DNA from: Chloropicon primus
Taxonomy: Eukaryota
Direction of reading: 5' to 3'
Assembly (NCBI GenBank): GCA_023205875.1
Contig: CP060763.1
Location: 124,001 to 188,000 of the forward strand
Length of the DNA: 64,000 nt
Shown here piece after piece: positions 10,541 through 21,900 of the stretch (the first letter of the stretch is position 1; every line of letters begins with the position of its first letter). The position numbers and the translations under genes were made by a program. The notes beneath the pieces are model-generated. The model had not been told where the DNA came from. It made no database searches and saw only the letters and a program-made list of their open reading frames with translations.

Positions 10541-11147
10541 ATGGGGCTTGTGGCTGTGAGGTGGAGGGCAGGGGCGGGGAGGACGGCCAGAGGTGGAGGA
10601 GGGGCGGAACGGATCCCCTGGAGGCGGAGGGGGTGGTGCCATGGTGGATGCAACAGCACCGCTGTCGCGTCCACGAGGTTCGAGGACGTCGCCGAGACCC
10701 TCGAAAGGGAGTGCGGGATATCGAAGAGGAGGGAGGTGGAGATCGTCGTGGACGTGCTGACGAATCCAGCGAGCGGATTTCTTGACCGCGGTCTCGCGAA
10801 TAAGTTCAGGTCCTTTCAAGTGAAGGAGGTCGACACCGACATTCATATCAAGCCAGGTGAGAGCAACTTTGGTGAAGGCGAACGAAACGACTGCTGACTT
10901 TAGGATGGGTCCTCTGTCTCCTCCATCTCTCGTCTCTCGGCCCCCAATCGCCAGTCGCTTCTTTCCTGAAGGAGTTGGGCGCCACGCCGGAGCAAATAAG
11001 GCGCATGGTGATCGTGCACCCTCCTGTGGTGGTGTACGACGTGGAGACCCACCTCAGGCCCCTGATCGCTTACCTGAACGAAGTCGGAGTGGAGGTAAGG
11101 GCAAAGTCATTTGTCGAATCCTTTCCTTCGATTCCGACGTCTGACTC

Positions 11148-11186
<39 letters not shown>

Positions 11187-11372
11187 CGTGTCCCTGTCTC
11201 TCTCCTCGTCCTCGTCCGCGTCGTCGTCAAGGACGTGGTGAGCGTGCTGGCGAGCCGGCCCTCCCTGTTTGGTCTGAGGGCGGAGAAAAACTTGATGAAG
11301 ATTGTCGAGTGGCTCCAGTCGGACGGGTACAGCAAAGATCAGATTGTGGAATATCTCTGCAAAAGCTTGTGA
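10541..11372 (+). CDS. mTERF-repeat-like organellar protein, 3 exons
   Basis: Exons ~10541-10856, 10955-11094, 11232-11372 join in frame: IKP/VASFLKELG..QIRRMVIVHPPVVVYDVETHLRPLIAYLNEVGVE/DVVSVLASRPSLFGL. Confidence 0.65.
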
Positions 11373-11448
11373 ACCTTTTTTGTTATCAATAATATACATA
11401 ACATATATATATAGAGAGAGAGTGTGAAGGGCAAATGAGGGCACTCTC

Positions 11449-12096
11449 TCAGAGAATTTCGTCCGAGCAGTAGGGGATCAACCTGTGCGAGTGCGCCATC
11501 CCGTGCCTCTGTCGCGGTGGAACCTCCTTGACGCTGGCTCCGCCGCAGAATTCCAAGCCCCTGCCTCGGACTTCCTGCTCCTTGGCCCACCTCATGACGC
11601 CCAAATACCGAAAGGCGGTGCTGTCCTCCTCCTCCAGGTCGCGCGGACTCCGCTCCGCGTAGCCCTTGCAGGCCTCCTCGTACGCTCCCGCCGAGCAACA
11701 CCCCTTCCCCCTGAGGTACTGCAAGACCTCCAGGTGACCGCCCCGCGCGGCGAGGTCCGCAGCCTCGTCGGCGAATGGACAGCCCTTGAGCCTCAGCCAG
11801 GACAGGGCCTCGACATTCCCTTGGCTCGCCGCCAGTGAAGTGAACCCGCACCTGCCGTCCAAGTCGTTCTCTCCCGTCCGGAATGCAAACCTGTACCAGT
11901 CCATGGTCAGCTCCGGAGCCCTCGCATCTCTCGCCAGCCTCCTCAAGTTCGTCTCCACTGCCAGCGACGGAGCGACGAGGGCCTCCCGCGCGGTCTTGCA
12001 CGTCAGCATGAAGCTCAAGCGATCCACGCCGTGCAAAAGCTCCGCTATTCTCCGAAGCACCTCCGGAGGGAGAAGATCCTCCATCACGACGCTCAT
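11449..12096 (-). CDS. F-box-like + ankyrin-like repeat protein (short, divergent paralog)
   Basis: LLPPEVLRRIAELL...LSFMLTCK (F-box-like), then AASQGNVEALSWLR and AARGGHLEVLQYLR repeats. Confidence 0.7.
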   Translation of the reverse strand: MSVVMEDLLPPEVLRRIAELLHGVDRLSFMLTCKTAREALVAPSLAVETNLRRLARDARAPELTMDWYRFAFRTGENDLDGRCGFTSLAASQGNVEALSWLRLKGCPFADEAADLAARGGHLEVLQYLRGKGCCSAGAYEEACKGYAERSPRDLEEEDSTAFRYLGVMRWAKEQEVRGRGLEFCGGASVKEVPPRQRHGMAHSHRLIPYCSDEIL

Positions 12097-12543
12097 CCCT
12101 CTCTCCACGACTGTCGGGTGTGCCTTTGCTGCATGCAGGTTTGACCAATCTCTCGCTCGATCCTTTCGGAGCGACGACGCACAACGAGGACGGCAACGAG
12201 GAGAGCAAGAGACCGCAATGATGAATCGAGTTGGATGCCCTGACGCCTTCCTCTTGTCGCCTCGACTCGAACTTTGCTTTTCTTCCGTTTCGGTTTCGTC
12301 CATCTCGAGCGTTACGGAATGGATGATCTCGGCTGCCCTGCGAGCCGCACAAATCACACCGGTTTTGCCGGTCAAATGATTTTGGGGAGATGAGATGGAG
12401 GGGTGACCTGAACCGACGACGATGACCCAACAACCTGGTTTGGGCTTGTAAGGGGCTTCTTGGTGGACTTGTTTGAGGAACGGAACGGAACGGAACGTCC
12501 TCTTCTTCTCCCTCTCTCATCACAATTCTGGTTCGTGAGATTA

Positions 12544-14133
12544 TTATTGTTCTTGATAAAAATTGGCCTCGATCCACTCGACGACGTGTTGGTCACGTCT
12601 CTCCACCGCATATTCTATGCAATCCTCTGGGATCCAATCACAAGGCGGATCCTGACTTCGAGCCCACTGCAGAACGTGAAGGTGACCTCCTTCAGCTGCA
12701 CAAGAACAAGTCCCCTCGTCCCAATCACAAGGCGGATCCTGGCTTCGAAGCCACTGCAGAACATGAAGGTGACCTCCAAGAGCTGCCCTCCTACAAGTCC
12801 ACACGTCCCAGAGACAAGGCGGATCCTGACTTCGAGCCCACTGCAGAACGTGAAGGTGACCTTCTCGAGCTGCACAAGAACAAGTCCCCTCGTCCCAATC
12901 ACAAGGCGGGTCCTGGCTTCGAAGCCACTGCAGAACATGAAGGTGACCTCCTTCAGCTGCATCAGAACAAGTGTCCTCTGGGTCCCAAGGGCAAGGCGGA
13001 TCCTGGCTTCGAGCCCACTGCAGAACATCAAGGTGACCTCCTCCAGCTGCTAAAGAACAAGTCATCTCGTCCCAAGGGCAAGGCGGATCCTGGCTTCGAA
13101 CCCACTGCAGAAGGTGAAGGCGACCTCCAAAAGCTGCCTGTTTACAAGTCTCGTCGTCCCAAGGGCAAGGTGGATCCTGACTTCGGAGCCACTGCAGAAC
13201 ACCAAGCTGACCTCCTGCAGCTGCCTCTTCACAAGTCTCCTGGTCCCAAGGGCAAGGCGGGTCCTGGCTTCGAGCCCACTGCAGAACGTGAAGGCGACCT
13301 GGCCTAGCTGCAAAAGAACAAGTCCTCTCGTCCCAAGGGCAAGGCGGATTCTGGCTTCGAAGCCACTGCAGAACATCAAGGTGACCTCCTCCAGCTGCCC
13401 CAAAACAAGTCTCCCTGCCCCAATAACAAGGCGGATCCTGGCTTCGAGCCCACTTCAGAACTTCGAGGTGACCTCCGGAAGCTGCCATATCACAAGTCCT
13501 CTCGTCCCAATCACAAGGCGGATCCTGGCTTCGAAGCCACTGCAGAACGTGAAGGTGACCTCCCATAGCTGCAAAATTACAAGTCGACTCATCAAACTCG
13601 CAACCCTTGCTCCTCAACCATTCGAGCACCGCAATATGACCTCCTGCAGCAGCGCCTCCAACTGCTACCACTTCATTATTACCGCTTTCAGAATACTTGC
13701 GCTTGATCTTCAAAGGTATCCCTTGGCTCACCAACCACTCCATCGCCTTCTTGCTGCCCTGGAAAGCGGCGAGCTTCATCAGGTCAGAGTCGTACAAGTG
13801 GCCATAGGACTCTTCCTCTTCATCTCTCCACGTTTTCGGCCCTCCCTTCCTCCTTTCGAACGACCGAAGCACCCACTGGAACCAACCCATGCTGAAGCAA
13901 GGCATCTGCTCGCACAACTTGTCGTCCGTCAAGTCCGTCTTCAGCTTCTTCTTAGGGTTCACCTCCCTCACCGCCTCGAGGAACGTCCTGCAGGTCAACC
14001 CAAAAGCGAGGTGGTCGTAGGGACTCATCTTCCTCAAGACCAAGAGCCACGCCCACTTCGGAAGCACGTCCAACGCATGCTTGGCCTCCCTCCTCTGCTT
14101 CTTGCTCGCTCCCCTCGTCTCCTCCATCTTCAC
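12544..14133 (-). CDS. F-box-like + tandem 29-aa ankyrin-like (DPPCPWD..TC..AA.GGHL.VLQW.RSQ) repeat protein
   Basis: LDVLPKWAWLLVL...FGLTCRTF N-terminus; 10 internal 87-bp repeats; C-terminal cap. Confidence 0.85.
   Translation of the reverse strand: MKMEETRGASKKQRREAKHALDVLPKWAWLLVLRKMSPYDHLAFGLTCRTFLEAVREVNPKKKLKTDLTDDKLCEQMPCFSMGWFQWVLRSFERRKGGPKTWRDEEEESYGHLYDSDLMKLAAFQGSKKAMEWLVSQGIPLKIKRKYSESGNNEVVAVGGAAAGGHIAVLEWLRSKGCEFDESTCNFAAMGGHLHVLQWLRSQDPPCDWDERTCDMAASGGHLEVLKWARSQDPPCYWGRETCFGAAGGGHLDVLQWLRSQNPPCPWDERTCSFAARPGRLHVLQWARSQDPPCPWDQETCEEAAAGGQLGVLQWLRSQDPPCPWDDETCKQAAFGGRLHLLQWVRSQDPPCPWDEMTCSLAAGGGHLDVLQWARSQDPPCPWDPEDTCSDAAEGGHLHVLQWLRSQDPPCDWDEGTCSCAAREGHLHVLQWARSQDPPCLWDVWTCRRAALGGHLHVLQWLRSQDPPCDWDEGTCSCAAEGGHLHVLQWARSQDPPCDWIPEDCIEYAVERRDQHVVEWIEANFYQEQ
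12640..13600 (-). repeat. Coding tandem array, 87-bp period, ~11 units
   Basis: caaggcggatcctg recurs at 12641, 12728 and onward; one unit is 90 bp. Confidence 0.9.
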
Positions 14134-14595
14134 GCCCGTGCTCCTCAGATGATCCTCACCACAGGGTCCTTCTTGTCGCGCGAGGGCTCGTTCGAAAGGG
14201 CAAGAAACGCTCCTTCCGCTCGTCTATCACTCCAAAAAACTCCGGCACAAACTCCCGCCCTCGTCGTCGCCTCCCTTCCTCGGTGATCTACTCCTCGATT
14301 TCTTTCTGCCTCTCTTTTTCGTGTTTCGTGTCGCCAGATCCTCACCACTGGGTCGTTTCTTTCGTACGAGAGCTCGTTCGAAAGAGCACGAGACGACGCT
14401 TCCTTCTTTCCTGTCCTCCGCTTCACTCTCTTCCTCCTCCGCGCGCTTTTGTCCTCTTCGTTTCTCTCTCGTGGCCTCGGGCCGTTATGATGGTTCAGCG
14501 GAAGGGAGAAAATGAAGAGAAAGAAACAAAGAGAGGAGGAGGAATAAGAGGAAGCGAAGGTCGATGACAGGTTCGTCGTGAGGCATTGTTCTTGG

Positions 14596-15354
14596 TTAAA
14601 AATGAGCAGTGACCATCCAATCGATGACGTGCTGGTGATTGTAGTACTTCGCCTCTCTTCTGCAATCCTCTGGGTTCCAAGGGCAAGGCGGGTCCTGGCT
14701 TCGCAACGATTGCAGAACCTCAAGGTGACCTCCTTGAGCTGCACCAGAACAAGTCCTCTCATCAAACCCGTACCCCTCGCTCCTCAACCATTCGAGCAAC
14801 TCAATGTGGCCTCCGCAAGCAGCACCTACAACTGCGTCCATTCCACAATGCTTTTGCTTGATCTTCAAAGGTATCCCTTGACTCACCAACCACTTGATCA
14901 CCTTCTTGCTGCCCTGGAAAGCGGCGAGCTCCATCAGTTCATAGTCGTACAGGTGGTCGTAGTAGTCTTCACTTCTTCTCCAGTCTCCACTTCTTTTCCG
15001 GTCATCCGGTGCTCCCTTCTTCCTTTCAAACGACCGAAACACCCACTGGAACCAACTCAAAGTGAAGCAAGGCATCTGCTTGAACAACGTATCCCTTCCC
15101 AGGTTCGTCTTCAGACGAGTCTTCTGCTTCTCCTTCTGAAGGTGGTCAGAACGGTTCGCCGCCGTCGTCACCGCCTCGAGGAACGCCCTGCAGGTCAAAC
15201 CAAAAGCGAGGTGGTCGTACTCATCCAGCTGCTTCAAGACCAGGAGCCACGCCCACTCCGGAAGCACGTCCAACGCATCCCTGCCCTCCCGCCTCGGCCT
15301 TTGGTCCCTTCGTCGCCTTTGCCCTCCCCCTGGGTTCAAGAAGCCCGCCTGCAT
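14596..15354 (-). CDS. F-box-like + ankyrin-like protein, tandem paralog without the internal repeat array
   Basis: Same N-terminal domain (LDVLPEWAWLLVL...FGLTCRAF...QMPCF...LAAFQGSKK) and C-cap as 12544-14133. Confidence 0.8.
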   Translation of the reverse strand: MQAGFLNPGGGQRRRRDQRPRREGRDALDVLPEWAWLLVLKQLDEYDHLAFGLTCRAFLEAVTTAANRSDHLQKEKQKTRLKTNLGRDTLFKQMPCFTLSWFQWVFRSFERKKGAPDDRKRSGDWRRSEDYYDHLYDYELMELAAFQGSKKVIKWLVSQGIPLKIKQKHCGMDAVVGAACGGHIELLEWLRSEGYGFDERTCSGAAQGGHLEVLQSLRSQDPPCPWNPEDCRREAKYYNHQHVIDWMVTAHF

Positions 15355-15872
15355 GATCACGATCTAGGTTTCTTTTTCTTTCGTTCGCCCTCGACACAAC
15401 GTCGTTCCTTTCGAGCGACGGCTCTTTCGAAAGAGCAAGATGCGACGCTTCTGTCTGACCTGTCCCCAGTCTCTCCCTCTTTCTCCGCTGCGCGTTCCCG
15501 TCCTCTTCTTTTCTCTCTCTCTCGTGCTCGTTCGCCCTCGTGCTCGGCCGTTATGATTCAGCGGAAGGGAGAAATCCACCAGAAGAGAAAGAGCAAAGGG
15601 TCGCCTCAAGAGAAGGCAGAGAGAGAACAGAGAGAGAGGAGAGAGAGAGAAGGAGGGAGAAGGAGGGAAGGAGGACGGCGGAAGAGCACGGTACACCTCG
15701 CGGGCTTTCGATTGATACCTCGTTCGGGGTCCCTCGGCCATGATATAGGCGCATGAAGGTAAGGAGGGAAGGGCTCTGGTTGCTGGCCATCGAATCGAGG
15801 AGGAGCTGACTTGGGTTCCTTCCTCGTCTCGCCTCAGCGTTTTGGTTTGGAGGAGTGAAACGTACGAGAGCC

Positions 15873-16955
15873 ATGCAGTGGTTCAACGACTTTGTGGGTA
15901 ACGCAGCAGACCTCCTAATCCGTCCGGCTAGGGCCAAGTACATCCTCGACCAGCTCCTCGGTGGCAAGTCAGGGTCCTTCGTGATGAACAGGAAAAGGAT
16001 GAAGCGCTTGGATTTCGTGCTCCCCAACTGCCAGGGCCACCAAATCCAGGCGAGTTTGTACCTGCAGGGAGAGCGCATGGAGGACGCCGCCGGAAAGAAT
16101 TGCGTGGTTTACCTTCACGGGAACTGCGGTTGCCGATTGGATGGTACGGCGAGGATAGAGAGGGATCTCTTCACACCGAGCGAGTCCTGACACCCCCTTG
16201 CGTTGTTCTTTTCTTCCTTGTTACTGCAAGCCAACGACGTGGTGCGCCTGCTGCTGCCCGAGAACATCTGCGTCTGCTGCTTGGACTTCAGCGGCAGCGG
16301 CCAGAGCGGCGGCGATTACATCACTCTGGGCGTGAGGGAGCCCTCGGATCTGAAGATCATCGTCACTTTCCTGCGCACCATCGGGATCGAGATGATCGGC
16401 TTGTGGGGGCGGTCGATGGGAGCGGTTACCGCGTTGCGGTACTTGCACATGGAGAGAGACCTTAGCATATCAGGAATACTCGTGGACTCCCCTTTCACGA
16501 CCCTGGTGAACCTGATTCACCACCTCGTCAGCCAGAAGAACGTCCCCAAGTTTGCCACCAACGCCGCACTGTATTTTATCAACAAGACCGTCAAGGAGAA
16601 GGCCAAGTTTGACATCCACGAGGTGAACACGGTGGAGTCAGCGAGGGAGTGCTACGTGCCGGCGCTTTTGGCCCACGGGGAGAAAGACAGCTTGATTCCA
16701 GCGTTTCACAGCCACGAGATTGCTGAAAACTACAGCGGCGACTGCCATCTCATGTTGCTGGAGAACCAGGACCACAACGACCTCCGCCCGCTGCATTTTC
16801 TGAGGGCGGCGCGAGGCTACTTCAAGACTCTGCTCAAGGGGGGGATCAAGCAACCCAAAGAGCTCTTCAAGTGGGCCCAGGCACCAGCTCCACGCCGAGA
16901 AACGAGTCCGGGATCATCAAATGGAATGAGGCTCGCTTCAACTGCCTTCGATTAA
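15873..16955 (+). CDS. Alpha/beta hydrolase (YqkD/ABHD-like), 2 coding exons
   Basis: IRPARAKY, VYLHGNCGCRLD/A, DFSGSGQSGG, GRSMG nucleophile motif, HGEKD, DHND; intron ~16144-16230. Confidence 0.85.
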
Positions 16956-17338
16956 AGCAAGCGTTATGATTGCAATTTGCCACCAATCCCCTCGCAGGGA
17001 ATTCTTTGCAGCGGCAGAGGGAACAAAACCAAATCATAGGAAGAGGTGATGCATCGTACTCAGCGTGGCCCCTCCCTCCTCTGCTCCCTCCCACTCCAAA
17101 GGACGACCCTCTCACGCTCTCTTCAGAATTCTGATCCAGGAGAGGAAGAGGAGAGCAAAGCGCGTTTGGGTAAGGGATAGGTCGACCGTGTCGGTGAAGC
17201 CGAGGCTCAGCGGCGGGCGTTAGAGAGGGTTCCCGTGTCGGTTACACCTTCGTCCATCCTCGTGCCGCTTCCTGTCCCGTTCTTCGTCTCATCGTGGACG
17301 CCAGAGCGGAAAAGAGAGAGAGAGAGAGAGCAAGACGG

Positions 17339-18853
17339 ATGGTGAAGCTGGGGATGCAGTGCGTTGCTGGAGGGCGAGGAGGGGCCTCGGCGAAGTGGTA
17401 TGGACGGGAACGGAAGCTCCAAGGAGTCTCGATCACGAGTGACAGGGGCAGGTGCGGCGGAGTTACGGTGTCGTGCCGTTCGTCGACCCCAAGCGGAAGG
17501 CGAGCCATGCACGAGGAGAGGCGAGGCCGAGGCCATTCGAGGAGGATGGGCCAGAGGTGCTGGGCAGTGGGTGGCGAGGAGATTGACAATGCGCCAGACT
17601 TTGTTCCGGATGGAAGGTGGAAGGTTTTCCCGGGTCGAGGGGTTACAGCACCAGACGGGTTTCAAGCATCTGGAGTGAGTGCAGGGTTGCGCGCGTCGAG
17701 CAAGCGCCCTGACCTCGCTCTCGTGTACTGCCCCGAGGGCGCCGTGGCGGCGGGCGTCTTCACGAAGAACCTCATGTGCGCCGCTCCAGTGACGTACTGC
17801 AAAGATGTGCTGGAGAAAGGGAAGCCGGTGAAGGCAGTTCTGATAAACGCGGGCCAGGCCAACGCGGCGACGGGCTCCCTGGGGTGGCAGGACGCCCTCG
17901 ACTCGGCGGAAGAGCTCGCGAAGAGCCTCGGCATCGACGCGGACGACGCTCTGCTGCAGTCCACTGGGGTCATCGGGCAGAGGATTAAGATGAAGGAGAT
18001 GCTCTCCTCGATCCCAACCGTCGTGAGCGATCTCTCCGACAGTGATGCTTCGGCCAGAAACTGCGCGACGGCGATCACGACCACCGACCTGGTCTACAAG
18101 TCGGGTGCAATCGAGGTCGAGATCGACAACAGGACCGTGACCCTCGGGGGAATGTGCAAGGGCTCTGGGATGATCCACCCGAACATGGCGACGATGCTCG
18201 GCGTGGTGACCTGTGACGCGGAGGTGGACCAAGCGCTGTGGCAGAAGATGCTGAAGCAGGCCGTGGACGAGAGCTTCAATCAGATTACCGTCGACGGGGA
18301 CACGAGCACGAACGACACCGTTGTGGCTCTCGCCAGTGGCAAGGCCGGGAACGCGAGAATCGAGGAGGAGAACTCCGCGGACGCAAAGCTTTTGCAAAGC
18401 GCTTTGACGGCTCTGTGCCAGGGTCTCGGAAAGAGCATCGCTTGGGACGGGGAGGGCGCCAACGTGCTGCTTGCCGTGAACGTCCAAGGGGCCAAGACGA
18501 AGGAGGACGCAAGGGTTATTGCCAGGAGCGTCACAACGTCGTCCCTGACCAAGTCTGCGATCTTCGGGCAGGATCCCAACTGGGGCAGAATAGCGGCTGC
18601 GGCGGGGTACGCGGGGCCCGAGTTTGACGTGGAGATGCTCGACATAAAGCTCGGGGCGACGAAACTCATGGAAAAGGGCCAGCCCCTCGAGTTTGATGCC
18701 GCGGCTGCAAGCGCCTACTTGAAGAGCCAGATCGATGTCAGGGGAACCGTTGATATCTGTGTCGTCGTGGGAGATGGCCCGGGAAGCGGCGTGGCCTGGG
18801 GCTGCGACCTGTCCTATGACTACGTCAAGATTAACGCCGAGTACACGACCTGA
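17339..18853 (+). CDS. argJ: Glutamate N-acetyltransferase / ornithine acetyltransferase, plastid-targeted
   Basis: [24 protein letters not shown] autoprocessing motif, [31 protein letters not shown]. Confidence 0.95.
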   Translation: MVKLGMQCVAGGRGGASAKWYGRERKLQGVSITSDRGRCGGVTVSCRSSTPSGRRAMHEERRGRGHSRRMGQRCWAVGGEEIDNAPDFVPDGRWKVFPGRGVTAPDGFQASGVSAGLRASSKRPDLALVYCPEGAVAAGVFTKNLMCAAPVTYCKDVLEKGKPVKAVLINAGQANAATGSLGWQDALDSAEELAKSLGIDADDALLQSTGVIGQRIKMKEMLSSIPTVVSDLSDSDASARNCATAITTTDLVYKSGAIEVEIDNRTVTLGGMCKGSGMIHPNMATMLGVVTCDAEVDQALWQKMLKQAVDESFNQITVDGDTSTNDTVVALASGKAGNARIEEENSADAKLLQSALTALCQGLGKSIAWDGEGANVLLAVNVQGAKTKEDARVIARSVTTSSLTKSAIFGQDPNWGRIAAAAGYAGPEFDVEMLDIKLGATKLMEKGQPLEFDAAAASAYLKSQIDVRGTVDICVVVGDGPGSGVAWGCDLSYDYVKINAEYTT

Positions 18854-18902
18854 GTACCTGAGTTGTTGCTTTACACACACAATGATTATTCCATCCAAAA
18901 CT

Positions 18903-21900
18903 TCAATAAACTCCCATGCCCACCGCAAGGCTTCTCAGGCTGTTCAGCACGGTTTCCCTCCTGGATCCGATCAGCTTGGCGACCTTGTTCTGCTCCTCTA
19001 TCGACAAGTGCAAAAACTTCCAAATCGTTTGTCCATCCAACACCTTGTCAGAGCTTTGGCCCCTCCCCGCTTCAACGTTCTTCGCGTGCCTGAACCTCAG
19101 CGGGTTCAGTCCGGCCACCTGGACCATGGAGGAAACCAGCCTGTCCTGCAAGCTCCTCAAACGCTTGAAGGTGGTCTCATCCAGTGGGAACAGCATCCCG
19201 AGCGAGGCGTCGTAGGTGCTCAGGCAGACCCCAATCCTGTGAGACACCGTCATCGCGGGGGAGTTGCTGCTCGCCTTTGCGGTCATGCGGGTCACCCCGC
19301 TCACCCTGCCCCCCGAGTAGAAGACTGCGCGACTCAGCAGCTTCTTTCCCTTCAAGCTGTCCGGGTCTTTGGGGTCAAACGCGTACATCCTAATGTTCCC
19401 GTGCATGTCCACCCCCATGATGGCCAGGGTGCTGCCATCAATCAGAAACTGGACGTGGTGGATTGGCGGCTTGTCATAGTCGTGAGAGAGGAGCTGCAAG
19501 ACTTTCCTGCTGTCGTTCCCCGCGTCCAGCCAGCGAAGGAAGTGGATGCCCCTCATGCTGTCACCGCTGAGGACGAACTTCTTCACGGTGGCCAGGCTGC
19601 TAGCGAACAGGGTGGAGTCGAAGAATCCACACTGCTCCAGCTGAGGAATCTTTGGGTAGCCAGGCGGCGTCTCGGGGGGGTACTGACCGTTCCATTTGAA
19701 GAGCAAGACTTTGATTCCAATGCCAACCAAGAGATACCCGTCCAAGCAAGTGACGACGTGGACCCCACCTCCCCCTGGAGATCCCCGGAAATCCTTGCTT
19801 GTCACCAAAGACGCGCCCCATTTCACGCTCGGTTGGCCCAGCTCAACGTTCGGGATGTCCTGCTTCTCGATCTTGAACAGGTGGACGTTGCCCCTGCAGG
19901 GGTAATCCTCTCCCCTCGGCGTCGCTGTGCCTACCGCGATGATGGATGAAACGGACTGGTCCGTTTGGTTCTTGACGTAGACCGAGCTGATCGACATCCC
20001 AACCTCGGCTGGGCCAAGGGTATGGCTCCACAGCACTTCCAACGTCTCCGCAGAGATCAGCTGGACTTCGAAGGCTTCTTCCTTGTCCCTTGCAGCTACG
20101 GCGGCCTCTTGGGCCGCGTAGACATTCGTCGCATGGGCATCGCCCCCCCCCTCTTCAGGCTTTCTCTTCCTGTAAGGTATTCCTTTCGAAACCAGCGCTG
20201 CTATCACTCCCGTCTCCGCCGAATACGTAATCTTGTGAACAGTCGCACCCACGGTCTTCACCTCGGCCCACCAGCTGAGGGTGCTCGAGACTCTGTCGTT
20301 GAAGTTGCAGACGTTGAGCTGGCCACTCTCCGTGGCAAACACAAAGCCGTGATTACAATTCACGTTGTGGAAAGGCGTGATGGATGTGATGGGCCCATCC
20401 CTGAACGCGGAGTAGACTCTCACCTGGCCCTGACTCAAGAATACGACGAAAGGCTTGTCTCCCGTGACAAAGTATCCATTATGCTTGCCGACGTTTTCCA
20501 GGCGCATCATTCTCCTCGTAACGTTCGAGGGCGATCCTGAATTCAGCAGAAACTCGTTCAAGACGCTCACTCGCGTGAGATGGTGTCCCCCCACCGGATT
20601 GCCGTCCAGCTTGTACACATACAGGAACCCATCGGATATCATGAGAGACACCCAAAGGTCACGGGTCAGCCTGTCAATCTGGCAGTGAATTTGGCTCACG
20701 GACACGCTCGGCGACGTGGCTTCCATTCCCGCCTCGTTTGCGTTCGACAACTTTGCGTAACCTTGGTACACGCTCGTGGACTTGAAGACCGTGGTAAAGC
20801 TCGGAAGGGACACCACCTCTAAGCCGGCGAGATTGTCGCACATGAAACAGAGGTGGGTGTCAGAGCTGTCTTGGGTTCCAAAATAGCCACAACCGTTTTT
20901 CACAACGTTCATGCATGAGATGTCGCCCCTGCTCTTTCCACCGAATTCGGCAACCTTCCCTTTGCTGTTTCCATCCCCACGAAGCATGCCCAGCGTCCCA
21001 TTGCTCAGCAGCACGAGGACGTAAGGGTCGCAAACGCAAGCGTCCTTTATTTCCAAATCTGATGGGTCCCCTTCCAGCTTTGTGCTGGACAAAATTTCCT
21101 TGCAAGAGATGTCTTGAGCGACCTTTGTGCCTACCATGATTCTTACCCCCTTCTTGTACACTTGGGCGATCCTCTCTCTGGCTTTCAGGTTCCCGACGCA
21201 GATCGTGGGGTGCTCCGTAACAAAGTTGACCTTCTCCGTCACCAGTTCGAGCTCCTCCTTCGTTTCCAATATCATCGTCGACTCACTCGTGCTGAGAACG
21301 AGATATGCGTGGTACGCACTGCCTTGGCTCTTTTTTGCGTCCCCTTCCTCGGAGTAGACAGTCCGAAGAAACTTTATGTCTGCCAAGTCAATTTTCAGCA
21401 GCGACTCGTACCTCCAGTTCTGGGATAAGATTGCAACGCCCCCATGCTTCCCATATCCAACAGCAGCAGCAAGAGCGATGTCTTCCTTCTTCTTTGGGTT
21501 CGTATTGATGTTCACCATGTCTTGAATGGGTCCGAGGTTGCTCAGCCTGTCGCACACCGTCAGGGAGAGAGTGTCAAGATCAACGTCCATCTCGCTAGCG
21601 AAAAGCTCCTTCTCCAGTTCATTATCATCGTCCCCCTCCCCGTCATTCCTGGGCGCGCTCGAATCGTTTTCGACGTTCCCCTCGTCCTCAGGCAAAGCCT
21701 CTTCATTCGGGCTGCTCGAGGACTTGATGGACTTTGACGACGCCATCCTGCACCGCAGGAGGACTGAGCTCCCGAGCTGCGAACCCAAGAAGAGAACGTT
21801 CTCTGACAGGGTCGACACGCAGGAGGGCATGGAAGACGACCCGCATACCTTGAAGTCAAAGAGCTTGGACGAAGACGACCCCCTCATCGACATGGCATCC

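Noticed and set aside
12640..13600. CRISPR-like array (conserved blocks with variable intervals)
   Set aside because: The 87-bp period is in frame and encodes a protein repeat; eukaryotic context with no cas genes.
11449..15354. Endogenous giant-virus segment
   Set aside because: No viral hallmark genes, no obvious compositional break, and host-type upstream elements are present.
17207..18928. 573-aa antisense ORF (likewise 21933-23438, 40671-42293, 45470-46666 and others)
   Set aside because: Shadow ORFs of GC3-rich real genes on the opposite strand, with no motifs.
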